From: Anolis carolinensis
Lineage: Eukaryota
NCBI RefSeq assembly: GCF_035594765.1
Contig: NC_085844.1
Coordinates: 54,699,923 to 54,763,922 of the forward strand
Direction of reading: 5' to 3'
DNA: 64,000 bases
The first letter of the stretch is position 1. Each line of letters starts with the position of its first letter. The position numbers and the translations under genes were made by a program. Shown piece after piece: positions 1 through 14,300 of the stretch. The notes under the pieces were generated by a model that saw only the letters and a list, made by a program, of their open reading frames with translations, did not search any database and was not told the origin of the DNA.

Positions 1-548
1 TACAACCAAATAGCTAGATGGGAGAAGCACTTATTAAGTGAATAATACACCCTAGCTTTCATCTTTTCATGTATACATTTTATCTTGTCCCAATTTAAAA
101 TTAAACCTGAGCTGAACATCTCATGTCACTATCGCCTAATATTAGTTAAAAAACCCCAGCATGACTACAGTTATCAGCTATTCCTACCTGTTTTCTCTAC
201 TCAAAGTTAGTTTTCTCTACTCAAAGCACACTCTGTATGTAATACTTTGGGCAGGACCAATATCTTCTAAAACAGAAGGTTTGCAACTCCCAGCAAACAG
301 AGCTAATAGTGAGGAATGCTGTGGATGTAGTCATGCCTTGACTTTAGTAAGCCTTTTTACAATGTCCCCCATCATATTCTGGTAGCTAGAGACAGTGCTA
401 TTGTTATGTGGATTTGTAACTGGCCAATGGATGAAGCTCAAAGAAAACTCACCAATAGCCTCTCTTCATCCCGGATATAAGTAACTAACAGGACACACAG
501 TGCTTTATCCTGGGCTGAGTGTTGCTCAACATCTTTATATATGACCAA

Positions 549-699
549 GGGCCCTTCCGCACAGCCTTATATCCCAGAATATCAAGGCAGAAATTCCCAC
601 AATATCTGCTTTGAACTGTGTTATCTGAGTCCACACTGCCATGTATTCCAGTTCAAAGCAGAAAATGTGGGATTTTATTCAGCTGTGTGGAAGGGGTCC
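549..699. mobile_element. PIF/Harbinger-like MITE
   Basis: Terminal inverted repeats gggcccttccgcacagc / gctgtgtggaaggggtcc and an internal inverted segment (tctgctttgaactg / cagttcaaagcaga). Confidence 0.65.
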
Positions 700-719
700 A
701 GGATCTTGGAATAGAGAGC

Positions 720-870
720 AAATTTATACAACTTGTAGATGGCACAAAATTAAGAGGGGTAATATGCTAGAGATAGATCAGAATATAAAATTGCCATAAC
801 ATACTGGATGACTAGACCAAAACTAACATTTTTTTTTCATGTGAGCCAAGTGTTACAGAGGGAAAATAGA
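720..870 (+). mobile_element. Degraded CR1 LINE RT fragment
   Basis: caacttgtagatggcacaaaattaagagggg resembles the CR1 KFADDTKLGG region; a further CR1-like piece lies at about 1400-1455. Confidence 0.45.
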
Positions 871-1097
871 GTTCATAAATAAAGGATTATAATTGTGTTG
901 GATAGAAAGGAAGTATCAGCCCTGCTGTATCCTCCCAAATGGCACACAAAGTTAGTATGAGCAAATAATGTTTTATGACCTTTTGATAAGGAGGATGTTT
1001 CTCAAGATCTGGCATTGTATGTAGCCATAGCATCTGATTGTTGACCCTGTAAGAAATGCTGGAATTTTGTAGTTACAACATTTCTTCCATAACATAA

Positions 1098-1376
1098 GTA
1101 AAGGTAAAGGTTTCCCCTGACGTTAAGTCCAGTCATGTCTGACTCTGGGGGTTGGTGCTCATCTCCATTTCTAAGCCGAAGTGCCGGCGTTGTCCGTAGA
1201 CACCTCCAAGGTTGTGTGGCCGACAACGACTGCATGGAGCGCCGTTACCTTCCCGCCAAAGCAGTGCCTATTGATCTACTCACATTGGCATGTTTTCGAA
1301 CTGCTAGATTGGCAGGAGCTGGAGCTAACAGCGGGCGCTCACGCCACTCCCGGGGTTTGAACCTGGGACCTTTCAG
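1098..1376 (-). mobile_element. Sauria SINE, 5'-truncated
   Basis: (AAAGGT)n tail on the + strand; body matches the four other copies in the window; tRNA-like head missing. Confidence 0.9.
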
Positions 1377-3552
1377 TTTATTTTTGTTTAATACCATCAG
1401 CAGTATGAGTGAAAAGGATATTGGAGTCTTAGTAGACCACAAACTAAATATGAGTTCTAGTGATACCTGGAGGCTTTCAAGTTGTGGGTGCAATTAATCT
1501 ACTGTGTGAATATTGAAGAGGCTATCCAATGTGCTGATTCCTAACCCCAAAACAGGATCAGAACCTTGGATAAGACCTAGAGTGTGAATTTACTTCTACA
1601 AACAGACAGGACACTGGGGACAATATAGGATTAGGAACCCAGGAGATGTATATTCAGTTCTCCTCTGCTTCTCAGTTCTTCATCCTATCTAAGCAATAAT
1701 TCACTTTCCTAGTGTTTTTCAATGGAGACATCCACTTCACAGTGCTTTTATAGTTACAATGTCTGCAGAAGAAAGTGGATTCAATAACTGTCAAATGCAT
1801 TCAACCTTTTTGCTCAAAATGCTTGAGTGGGTACACCACTTGTTCACTCATTCTCAGTATGTTATGTGAAAGTTCACCAAAGAGAAAGATATGAGCAGAG
1901 AAAACCAATATAATCTTTATTACCTGCAGCCTTTTCTCATTGTGACTAGTTTTATGACTTGACTATCAGGTAGCTGCTGGATTGTCTTACCAACATATTT
2001 CTGATGCGTGTTCATTCCTAGTATTTATGAAGTTTAGGAATCAAGGAGAATGGTAATTCAAGGATCCCATATTTAATGGTCTGACCATATCTTTCAACAG
2101 ATGGAGTCATTTTGCCATTACATTTTTCTCCACATATCATTTTGTACTTCCATCTATAGACTGTGATACTTAATAGATGCAGAACTAGCATAGAACTTGA
2201 TTGGACTGTGAAAGACGGAGACAGCATTTTTATAGCCCTGGTTATATATATACAGTATATATTAATGGTTACTATGCAGATTCTCCTTATCCTACACCAG
2301 GAGATTTGTAACAAATAGACAGAGAGAGGGAATTATTTGAATTCTGTATAATATACATAGTGCTTAATACCTAACTGAATTTCAATCATTTTGAGCTTAA
2401 AATATTAATTTCTGCTTTGGTGCAGATTACTTGTCAAAACATTATTTCGATCAAAATACAAAAGCAAACAGAGACCTTATCATACTTTTTCAAACCTTCT
2501 GCAGAGGTTTACCATGAACACTTTTAACACATACAATGTAGTCCTCGACATGTTTATTCAGAAATAAATCTCACTCAGTTCTAACAGATTTACCACCTAA
2601 TAAATGTATTCAGGGTTGTAGATGAAATACAAGCACTTAGTGGATTGTGAGCTTCTTTTAACTATAAGGTGTTTAGTAAAAATTGTAATGGGATGAATAA
2701 AGGAGACATTTGTGACATTTGAAATTTGTCATATGTGTTCAAGTCAGCTCTGACTTCAATGGCAACCCTCTCCTATCAAATTCTGATATGTCTCCATCTG
2801 TATCAAAACTTCCACTTAAAGGAAACTGGTATGGCTAAAGGAATAGTGAGAAGAAAACATAACTCTTCTTGATACAATAAAGCTGGCACAATTGTAAATT
2901 TCAGATGTTTCAATCAAAAAGTAGTTCAGCGTCCAGGCAACACATTTCATAAAATATTTTTCTTGTGCTACACATCAAGATGCAAACAGGTAATGACTGG
3001 ATTAAGTAATTATGTGTCTAATTTTCCTAGCTCCAGAGAATGAGTAATTTAAGGGCTATGCTAATGTCCTGCAGTTGAACATCTGTACTTTGACAATAGA
3101 ATTACAAGACTAAGGGCCATTCCACACAGGCTCTAAAACACAAAAGAAACTGGGACAAAAGTGGGGTGGCTAAATGACATTTAAGGAAAATGTGCACTGA
3201 TTCGGCTTAACAGCTGAAAAACGTGTTAAAAGGGCACGCTTAAAATCCGATTTTGACCCAAAAAAAGTGCATATTCACATCACTGTATATCCCTGCAGTC
3301 AAGGAAAACATGTAACTTTGTTCCTATATGATGATGTGGACTGCTCCAGTGCATCTCTGAATTTTAAAATCCTGAAACAGTTGGTGAGGGCTGTAAACAA
3401 ATGGAACCACAGACACACAGGTGGCTACATGTAAGCACAATTGGAAAGCAATTCCCATGAAAACTCTCTGCAACCATTCCTTTTTTCTGATGTTTATGAA
3501 ATTGAACAGAGCTTGAATTTACAGGAAGGCCATGAGGAGAGGTGGGTAAGAA

Positions 3553-3597
<45 letters not shown>

Positions 3598-3603
3598 AAT
3601 AAT
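3553..3603. repeat. (TTA)n microsatellite
   Basis: Directly visible. Confidence 0.95.
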
Positions 3604-6388
3604 CTGCTTGTGTGCACATAGATATCTGCATCACTACGTATGAGGTCCAGTGCATCTCAGAGAGTTATTTTAAAAAAACTTCCGGCAGATGTCCTCCATC
3701 CATCTTGTATATCAGGACACCAGGGGAGCATTTACTGGGACTGACAGCTCCATGTTTGGACTTGCTGTCAGGTTCTGTGGTTTTTTGCCCCACTTATTTG
3801 TTCCAGATTATGAGGCTGACTGGAAGTGTCTTTAGTGGATTAATAGAGTTTCTTAGATTACAAAACATTATTTAGTGCTTTGCTTGATTTTTGCTCTCAG
3901 CATAGGGAAAGTGTTCTCCTTCCTTCTTTGGGTACAATTTAAGATGCTTGATCTTTTCTGAAGATAAGCATGAATCAATTTGACTCATATTAAATGTGGA
4001 TAAATGAAGCCAATGAGAAACATATCTTTGGCATACATTTCTCTTCACAATTAGACTAAAGTACTCTCAGAAAAAATTCGGAGGAAGTTCAACTGAAAAT
4101 GTGTCCTAACTGTATAAAGTATTTTGGTGTGACCCAATACATTCAGCAGATGAATCCAGCTGCTTCAGATTTGTTATAAAATCCACAGTTGCTCACAGTT
4201 TACAGTTTTCATTTCTAAATAAAATTTCAAGAGAAATGAGACTCCAGAATCAAGTATTTATGCATCAAATTGATAAGGACAGAAGTAGGGCTTATAAAGT
4301 AGCTGATGGACCAATACTAATAAACTTACTGACCATACAAACAGTGTTGATGAACAGTTCAAATAGTCAAGGTTGGAAAATGCTGAAAATGAATACCATC
4401 TACCAACAGTTTTAAAAGATCAGGGTATTTTCTGGCTAAAGATTCCTGATTTGGATGTCGTAAACTTCAAGATGGAAAAGAGTAAATTTCCTTATCTGTA
4501 AATATATGTCTAATTAGAATGGGAATTATGCAGCCCAACAGAAGTTGATGGACTGAAGTTCTCAGCTTTCACTAACATAAGCCATGATGAGGAATTCTGG
4601 AAGTTGCAGTCCAGCGATATTTAGAAGACTGCATGAATTCCCATCCCTTGGCCAATTCCAATATTAATACTAAATAGAGTAGCACCATCAAAATAAATGG
4701 TACCTGTCAGTTTCAACTCATGTAAATTTCAATAATTGTAGTGGATCAAATGGGACTAAATTTGTTTTAGTCCGTAGTGACTTTAAAATGTGAGATGATT
4801 AATCTGAGCCATGAAATTCTGAGGTTGCTTTTTAAAAAGCTGCTTTCTTTCATATACAGTTCCTATTTTCCATCTACATGCTTTCCAGGGTTGCTGAAAG
4901 GATTGTACAACCTATAATGTTTCTTCAAGTCTAACAGGGTACACATTGCATTGAACTGAGCGGGTCTTACTTTTCAGTAAATAGGATTGCACCATCTATG
5001 AAGGCACAGAAAACACTCAGAGTCTTCAAGAAATACTATAGTCATATAAGATAGTATTATTTTAAAAATATATAGCAGAAAACCCATTAACAAATTGTCA
5101 CAGCCTATGGCTATGGCTACAGTTAAACACAGACACATCTGAGCATATACTCATATATACCCCACTTTGCAGGGTGCCTCATGCAAAGGTTTGATTATGG
5201 CTGATGAAGAATGAAACTTGCCAAGAAAGATTGAATACTGGGAAATCTGAGATCTAGCCTCACATTTTAAGTAAACAAAGCTGATGTGGATGAGGAAGAC
5301 CTTATTCAGATTGAATATAAGCACCGGAAGAAGCATGTTGTATTCTACGTACTTCCCATTATGCTGTTTTCTCAGCTAAAACCACAACATCCCAAATCGA
5401 TGTTATCTGAAGGGGAAGCTTATTAGGCAATAAGATACCTGTTTTTCCATGAAGCAACAACAATTCAGCATGAGTGTTTTGGAAGTTTGGGAAAATGGGA
5501 CAGGGACTTGTAAGATAGTTTAAAAGTTCTGAAGTGAATTAGCCTTCTGTTTGCTGTTGCTAGCAAAAATGGTCACCTAGTCTGCCTCTTAATGTTTGTG
5601 TCTGTAACAGCAAAACCACTCTCTGTGGCACAGTAAAGAAGTTATTTGTATTGGAGCTATAGATATGCACTTTTGAAGGGTTAATGGGTCAGGAAAATAT
5701 TCCATTTTATTTTTTCTAGGTACTACATAATTAATAGTTAGTTCCTTGTATGAAAGATTAGGAGTTATGGAACAGTGGCCTTTTGTGCTTCAAGGTAAGA
5801 AATGAATTCCAGTTTGGGCAAATATCTAGTTTCTTCAAATCTTCTTAGTAATTGCAGTTTCATACTTGCCACCCTAAATTGTTATTTACAGCTGCAAGAT
5901 GAAGTTAAACAACATAAATTATATTCAATTCGTTCAGTCCTGTCATTGCGGTAGGATGAGGTAATCTCAAGTTATTTGCTTTATATAAGTGTGTGAGACA
6001 GTTTCAAACATGTCGAATGGAAAAAATCCATGGATGTTACTGATATTCTATGAAGCAGGAATACATGAAGATAAAAACTTCAATAAAATAAATAGCTGCA
6101 TTAAAATAATTTCATTATCCATGGGATAAGAGGTAACCAGGTTGTATAGTCTGGATCAGTTGCTGGATCATCATTCATCTCCGCAAGGTTTAATGGGATA
6201 GTGAAGGTCAGGAGTTTTATCTCAGTAGTATAGTGAATATCTGTAAGGCTGTTTATGGATTATTTAACCAATTTATCCTTCTGGGATTTATTTTCTTTAT
6301 TTTAATGATTAAACATATGTCTGGTAGCTGGCTTTGAAATTACTCCATCCCCATGTTTTGAATGGTTAAACCATAGCAGTCAAGAGAA

Positions 6389-6890
6389 ATACAACCATCC
6401 CTGCACATTTGTGGGTTAAGTATTTGAAGATTAAAATATTGTCAGATTGCTAACTATACCACTGCTTACACTGCTGTTTTACACACAATCAGAAAAGTTC
6501 TTTCTAGGCCCAAAGTTGACCATAGAACAGCTGTGGATGACATACAAATACCTAGATAAATTGTTGTCGAAGGCTTTCATGGCCAGAGTTACTGGGTTGC
6601 TGTAAGTTATTTTCAGACTGAATGTCCATGTTCCAGTAGCATTCTTTCTTGATGTTTCACCTGCATCTGTGAAAAGCATCCTCAGACCGACCTCTGAACA
6701 AACCTCTGAGAAGGCTTGCCACCAATGCAGGTGAAACTTCAGGAAAGAATGCTACTGGAACATGGACATACAGCCTGAAAAACTCACAACAACCCATCTA
6801 GAGAAGTGTTTGCAATTTTTATTTATATTTGTGGTTTTGCCATTTCCATAGGGATCCTGTTCCCCTATCCCCTGAAAATGTGGAGGTATA
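6389..6890. mobile_element. Degraded Tc1/pogo-type MITE interrupted by Penelope ends
   Basis: Similar to the copy at about 41395-41652 (ggatcctgttcccctatcccctgaaaatgtggagg end); interrupted at about 6560-6797. Confidence 0.45.
6562..6797. mobile_element. Inverted pair of Penelope 3' ends (pseudo-LTR fragments)
   Basis: 6590-6686 and 6703-6797 are reverse complements of each other and match the Penelope ends at 21157-21255 and 26370-26505. Confidence 0.8.
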
Positions 6891-7054
6891 AGAGTGTGAG
6901 CGCAGCTCTTAAGGAAAATAAAACATCCACCTTTACTTTAAATGAAGGATATGTGAGCCTGCAAGGATGTCAAAGCTGGGGAGACTTTGATCACAATCAG
7001 CTAGGTAACTGTAAGGGAGGTGTGTGAAAAGAGTGGGGCTGGGGAGATACAAAG

Positions 7055-7344
7055 CAGAGCCGGCCCTAGGTATTTTCAAGTGTAGGTGAACAGAATTTTG
7101 GCATCCCCCGCCCAAAAAAAACAATCACTGAAAAATAAAAGCGTTGGATAAGCAAAAATGTTGGATAATAAGGAGGGATTATGGAAAAGCCTATTAAACA
7201 TCAAATTACATTTAGATTTTACAAATTAAGCACCAAAACATCATGTTTTACAACAAATCAACAGAAAAAGCAGTCTCGACTGCGCCCCGTATGTTTGGCG
7301 CCCGAAGCAACCGCTTAATTCGCCTCATTGTTGGACCGGCTCTA
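7055..7344. mobile_element. Non-autonomous hAT element carrying a mariner-MITE fragment
   Basis: TIRs cagagccggccc / ggaccggctcta; 8-bp TSD atacaaag at 7047-7054 and 7345-7352. Confidence 0.85.
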
Positions 7345-10300
7345 ATACAAAGAGATATGGAGAGGAGGAAGAGAAAGGATGGGAAGATTTGCCTTAAATC
7401 TGTCTGCTACAAAGACAAAATAAAAGATATTTTGTGAGTATTTTGGCAACCCTACTGGCTTTTGTTTGAGGACTATCTGAAAGAGTTTCCTTTTTTAATT
7501 TACTGATTCAAATGGCAAAGGAAGCTTTCACAATGCAAGCTGAAGCTTTTGCAGTTCCCCTTCCCAAGGTAGAGGGTCAATTTGCAACAGGGGGGACAAC
7601 TGTTTAGCCAGCAAGCTTAGCATTATGGGAAAATAATAGACTGTGGTTCAGCTGTCACCAACATGACTCCTCACAACATGACTCTGCGAGTCAAAATATA
7701 AGGTTTGCTTGTTATAGACTTAAGGATAGTTGTCTTATCAAGGGCTAGAAAACCAATCTCTAGCCCCCCTCCCCTTGCATATTGAAAAACTTGCACTCAC
7801 AGTGAGAAACTGTATCACTTTGTAAATTAGGCATTCCTACCATGTGATGGGCAGTCCTCAAATATCAGTACAATGCTTTCTTTACTCCTACAGAGCCAAA
7901 AATAATGATTACTTCCTTCTTGCATGCATATGTCAAAATAGGAACTATTTTATGCAGTGAGACATATACTACAATGTGCGTAAGACTGTATAGTACAAGC
8001 TCCACATCTACATAACTGGTATCCACAGTTTAATTTATCAATACCCAACAAAATATATAATAGCTAGGCATTTTCTAGGTCCTCCAGCATAATTTTATGC
8101 TATTTGCAGGGTAGTAGTTCTTCATTTCAATAGGGTTCACTACTATCTACAGTTTTGCATAGCCACAAAAAGTCTAAAAAACGTATCTCCATGAATACAG
8201 AATTCACATAGTAATCTTAGATGCATACTTTGAAAATATCCCTCTTTTGAACTACAGCTGCCTGGATCCACTGACCATGTTGACTGGGCAATTCCTTGGA
8301 TTTGTCAACCAAAAAGGGAAGTTTTCCAGATGTTTTGTTAGACTAAATGATATTCAAGGAGTTAATATTGGTCATAGGCCTTGTTTTCCATAGGAACTTA
8401 AGGGTTTGATGGAGCTAAGTGTAACATCTCTTGATTAAATGGTCTCCAGACAAGTAACAGTAACAATAGTAGCAGGTATAGCATAGACAACATTAGGCTA
8501 AAAATCTTCTCCTTGACATATTCACTGTATGGGGAATTGCAATCTATGCCAATGTAAAAACTCAATGTAATCTGAAACTGTTCAGTTGTTTACCAGTGAG
8601 AAAGGTCATAATGTATATTTTATTTACTGTGAGGTACAAAATAATCCCATAAAAGCTTGGCTTAATTCAGTTACCTCCATCTCATGTTGCCTGACATATG
8701 ATCTGTGACTTGCAGTGTAAAGCATTCAGGTTTCTGCTATCAGTATCACAGCAGTATTCTGTGTTAGAAGTTTGCCACAATGTCTGCCTCTAACTTTTCT
8801 TATCCTATTGACCTGATCATCACTATCACCTGGACTTTTTAAAAAGAAAATATTGGATTCAGACATGAAAATATAACAAACCCACTGTCTTGAAAACAAA
8901 TGCACATCCTTCCTTCCACTTGCAATAGCCTTGTGTACAGATATTGGGATATTTTCTATTTACTACACTTTTTAGGCCACAAAAGGGATTTCATATCCAA
9001 GTTATGCTGTATTGTGGTGTGTGTGTGTGTGTTCAGCTGAAGCCTTTAAGGGATAATTTTACTTTTTAAAATTATGGTGCTTCTTACCAGGTGCTGGAGG
9101 GAGATGGTTTTGGTTTCTATGGGGAAGAAATGATGAAAGTCTCCCATCGATTTATAATCTCTGCACTTAGGATGTTATAAAAGGGGAATTCACCAGCAGC
9201 AAAGTGCATTTCCCTCTCTGTGATTGATACTTTAATGCAGTACAATCTCTCTCAAACTTTTGGTCTTGTGGAAACATTTGAAATAAAATTCAGGTCTTGG
9301 ATAACTCCTCCAGAAAAAAAATCTTTAATTTTTAAAAAAAATAAAAGTTTACTTTTTCCAACCATGATCTCTCAAAGTAAATTTTAGTGACCTCTTGCAC
9401 AGGTACCAGGGAAACCTGGTTGAAAAACCCTAACTTAGTATGTCTTTGGAAGACATGTCCCTCAAGAGGTGATAGACATGTTTTCTTCTTGGGCTGCACT
9501 CAAGGAGAAAGCTGGCAAACAATTACCATATGATACAATATGTCTGTATTTTATATTTAGAGTGCTTTGTTTTATAATAGGTCACTGGGTAATAAATATT
9601 GACTTAATTTATAAATCTGGTTCCTGAAGAAACTCCTTTGTGCGGGGGAAAATAAGTTTATCAATGGGTTTCTCAAATTCACCTTGTGGCTTTATTGAGC
9701 AGGTTTGTCCTTCTATGTACCATTACAATTAAGGTAAAAGAACAAATGACCAAGTAAAACTCATTTAGGGACAGTAGGCCCCTTTGAAACAATGTCTGCA
9801 TCAACTGCCAGGGTGTTGTCCACTGCATGGGCCTTGGCTGGGATGTGGATTGTCTGGAACCAATATCAAACCAGAGTGCTGTGATCGCAAGTGTCCACCT
9901 TGCTGCATCCAGCTGGCAGGAAGGAGAAACAATAGCAGCCACTGTTGCAGCTGAGACAGGGAAGGGAGAATATGGGGAGTGGAGGCTGGCAAATGGCAAC
10001 CTAACAGCCTGTTGCCAGCTTTTCACTGTTCCCATGGATCTTATGAATGAGAGGTCTCCAAGGCACTCTGTCATCAATTGCCCTGCTCTGGCTAGACAGA
10101 GTTCTCCTCTGTTGCAAAAGAAGGTACCTCTATTTTTAACCAATATCACAAAAATCAGGAAAATAATACAATATATCTCTTCTCTTGTGCAAAAGTCCTG
10201 CTCCTCTACTCCAGTGTTTTTATATTTTAATAAAACTGCAGACTTCACTGAGTCATAATATCCAGAACTGAATGCTATATTTCAGATGAAGTGTTTGCAG

Positions 10301-10544
10301 GGTCAAACAGTGTATTTACATTATTTTCTAAGAAATAGCATGTCACTTCTGTCAACATAATGTTATGAAAGTATAGTGGTCTCCATGGTACAGGTTAAAA
10401 ATGTTTTCTTTGAATATTGTGAGTACAGGTTCTTGGAAAAGCAAGGTTTCCCCCTCAGTATTGCGAGTCAAGTGTGGGTTTTTTAAAAACTGAAAACATT
10501 TTGGTTCTCTCCAAGAATCAAAATGTTTTCAGTTTTTCCCTCTG

Positions 10545-10551
10545 AATAATA

Positions 10552-10613
<62 letters not shown>

Positions 10614-10670
10614 TTTATTTTTGTATACAGCCACCATCTCCCCGAAGGGACTTGGGGCAGCTTACATGGG
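10545..10670 (-). repeat. (AAT)n microsatellite forming the tail of an L2-type 3' end
   Basis: AAT run followed by actttattt...ccaccatctccccgaagggacttggggcagcttaca. Confidence 0.7.
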
Positions 10671-11392
10671 GACAAGCTGTTTCTATAAATGGACTAGCAG
10701 AAACATCTTGGATAGCTGGATACGCTCCCCCTCGATGGATTGTCACCTTGCCGTGGTGAGGGGGCTTGCGTGTTCCGATGAACCTGTGGGCACAACCACT
10801 GGAGTCACGCACTCCCAGGAGTGGCCGCAGGGGAGGTTCCAGACCAAGCACAATCCGAAGACCTAAAGACCTCAACGGCGGAGCAGGCGGAGGATAACAT
10901 GGTACATGTTACAACGGCTGTGAAGGCGGAAGAAGGCTGCAACAGACTGAGAAGCCACTTTCGTTGTGTTAACCACACCACTGCTGGAACCTCACTCTGT
11001 GAAGACTGTGTGTTGACCAGCCGTGCACCGATCTCCACACATTAAAAAAAATCACGCACAGGCGTCTTCCAACAAAAATAAAAACAAACCTACAAAAGTC
11101 CCATGGCGATCAGCGAGTGGCGACGGGGGCAGGACTGTGAAATCTGGAAGCCCCTAGTCACAGACTGGCACATGGGCGGTGGATATGGACTCAGTCGTTC
11201 TACCTCAAGGACCGAGGCAGTTGAGTAGTCCGGCAGCTGTATCCATGACTGAGCAGCCCTTTTTAGGATCCGCTCTGCTCACCACACACAGGGAAGGGGC
11301 TAGAAAAGGTGCCCTAAACATAGTCTGCCTCTCCTACCCTGACTGCACTGCCGCGTCCAGAGGGGTCACCACTCTGCGGCCAAAAAAGAAAA

Positions 11393-14300
11393 ATGAATTT
11401 TGGAACATGGAACGTACGGACATTGTTAGATAACACTGACAGCGAACGCCCCGAACGCAGGACTGCTATCATTGCAAGGGAGCTGGGACGCCTTAAGATT
11501 GACATAGCAGCCCTTCAGGAGACCCGGAGAGCAGGAGAGGGGCAGCTGAAGGAAGAAAAGGGAGGCTACACCTTCTTCTGGAAGGGACTGCCTGAAGAAG
11601 AGCGAAGAATACACGGAGTTGGCTTTGCGATCAGAAACGACCAGGTGAAGCACCTGACTGAAGCACCCACTGGCATCAACGAACGACTTTCAACCCTCCG
11701 AATTAACCTTGCCAAAAACCAACAGGCAACCATCATATGCGCCTATGCACCAACTCTAGATGCTGACAAAGACATCAAGGAAAAATTTTACTGTCAGCTG
11801 GACACCATCCTATCGGAGATACCTAAGGAGGACAAAATCATCCTCCTGGGGGACTTTAATGCAAGAGTCGGAAGGGACTCTGACCTGTGGCCAGGGATCA
11901 TAGGAAAAGACGGGGTCGGAAACAGCAACTCCAATGGCATCTTGCTTCTCACCAAATGCGGAGAGCACAACCTTGTCATCACCAACACGCTCTTCCGCCA
12001 GAGAAACAAGCTCAAGACATCATGGAAGTACCCTCGGTCAAAGCATGGCACCTCTTGGACTATGTTATCACACGTGCCAGAGACCGCCGCGATGTGCTTC
12101 TCACAAGAGCCATGACAGGTACTGATGACTGCTGGACAGACCACAGGTTAATCCGATCCACGATGGCTATCAAGATCGTCCCCAAACGCAGACTCCAAGG
12201 AAGAAAAACAAGGCGCAAAATGAACACCCAAGCCCTTCAGGAGCCCTCCAAACGAGCCCTTCTCCAAACAACACTCAAGGATCATCTACCCACAGAACAC
12301 CCCGAAAATGTTGAGGAACATTGGAACAAACTGAAGACCTCCATCATCACAGCCTGCGAAGAAAGCATTGGATACCTAACTAAGAAACATCAAGACTGGT
12401 TTGATGATAACGACAAAGAGATCCAACAGCTGATTGATAACAAAAGGAAAGCCTTCCAAACATGGCAGAGAGACACCAACTGTGCTGCCAAGAAAAAGAT
12501 CTATGCCAGTGCAAAAGCTGAGGGCCAAAGAAGGACCAGAGAACTCAAGAACATCTGGTGGACAAAGAAGGCTGAAGAAATCCAACACCTTGCAGATACC
12601 CATGACACTCAAGGATTTTTCAAAGCCACAAAGATCATTTATGGACCAAGAAACCATGGCATACAACCCCTACGCTCATCAGATGGAACCAAAATTCTGA
12701 AGGACAAAACATCAATTGCACTACGCTGGAAAGAGCACTACCAGAACCTGCTGAATCGCAGCTCCAATGTGGCCGAAGAGACCCTCTCACAAATCCCACA
12801 ACAATAAACCAGGGATGACCTTGCAGCACTGCCTAGTTTGGAAGAAGTCAGCAATGCCATCAGCCAACAAAAAAACAACAAAGCCAGCAGACCTGATGGG
12901 ATTCCTGCTGAAATCTTCAAAGAGGGTGGACCTGAGCTGATACAACAACTCCACCAGCTCATTGAAAAGGTGTGGATGACTGAGAAAATCCCAGCAGACT
13001 TCAAGGATGCCACCATCATCACCCTTTTCAAGAAAGGGGACAGAACAGACTGCGGGAACTATCGTGGTATCTCCCTTCTAACCTCCGCCGGGAAAATCCT
13101 TGCAAGAATCCTTGCAAACCGCCTTCTCCCTGTTTCAGAAGACACCCTCCCAGAATCCCAGAATGGCTTCCCTCCAGAGGAACAGTGGACATGATCTTCA
13201 CTGCTCGACAGCTCCAAGAAAAATGCAGGGAACAAAACCAACCTCTGTACATGGCATTCATTGACCTTGCAAAGGCATTTGACACAGTGAATCACAGCGC
13301 TCTCTGCACCATCCTCCAAAAAATTGGGTTCCCTGACAAATTTGTGAACATCCTGCGGCTCCTCCATGATGACATGATGGCAACAGTCTTGGACAGCAAC
13401 GGCTCCCAAAGTGACCCATTTAAGGTGGAATCAGGTGTCAAGCAGGGATGTGTTATTGGCCCCACCTTATTTTCCATCTTCATCGCTATGATACTTCACC
13501 TTGTTGATGGGAAGCTTCCCACCGGAGTGGTAATCATCTATCGGACAGATGGCAAGCTATTTAACCTCAGCAGACTGAGAGCCAAAACCAAGGTCACCAC
13601 AACATCTGTTTTAGAACTCCAATATGCTGATGACAACGTAGTCTGTGCGCATTCAGAAGAAGACCTACAAGCCACTCTAAACACCTTCGCAGAAGCATAC
13701 GAGAAGTTCGGCCTCTCACTGAACATCGAGAAAACCAAAGTGCTCTTCCAACAGGCACCAGCTAATCCCTCTGCAAAGCCAGGAATACAGCTTAACGGTG
13801 TCACATTAGAAAACGTTGACCATTTCCGCTACCTTGGCAGCCATCTCTCCACAAAAGTCAACATCGACACTGAAATACTACACCGCCTGAGCTCTGCGAG
13901 TGCAGCGTTTTTCCGTATGAAGCAGAGAGTGTTTGATGACCGGGTCATCCGTAGAGATACCAAGGTGCTTGTTTATAAAGCCATTGTCCTCCCAACACTG
14001 CTCTACGCCTGCGAAACGTGGACTGTCTACAGACGTCACACCAAACTCCTGGAGCGTTTCCATCAGCGTTGCCTCAGGAAAATCCTGCAAATCTCTTGGG
14101 AAGACAGGCGGACAAATGTCAGCGTGCTTGAGGAAGCAAAGACCACCAGCATTGAAGCGATGCTCCTACGCCATCAACTCCGCTGGACTGGCCACGTTGT
14201 CCGAATGCCCGATCACCGGCTCCCAAAGGAGCTCCTCTACTCCGAACTCAAGAATGGGAAACGGAATGTTAGTGGGCAGGAAAAGAGATTTAAAGATGGG

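Noticed and set aside
9679-10258. Overlapping 189-aa (-) and 143-aa (+) ORFs
   Set aside because: No recognisable domain, non-ATG starts and no convincing splice context; probably chance
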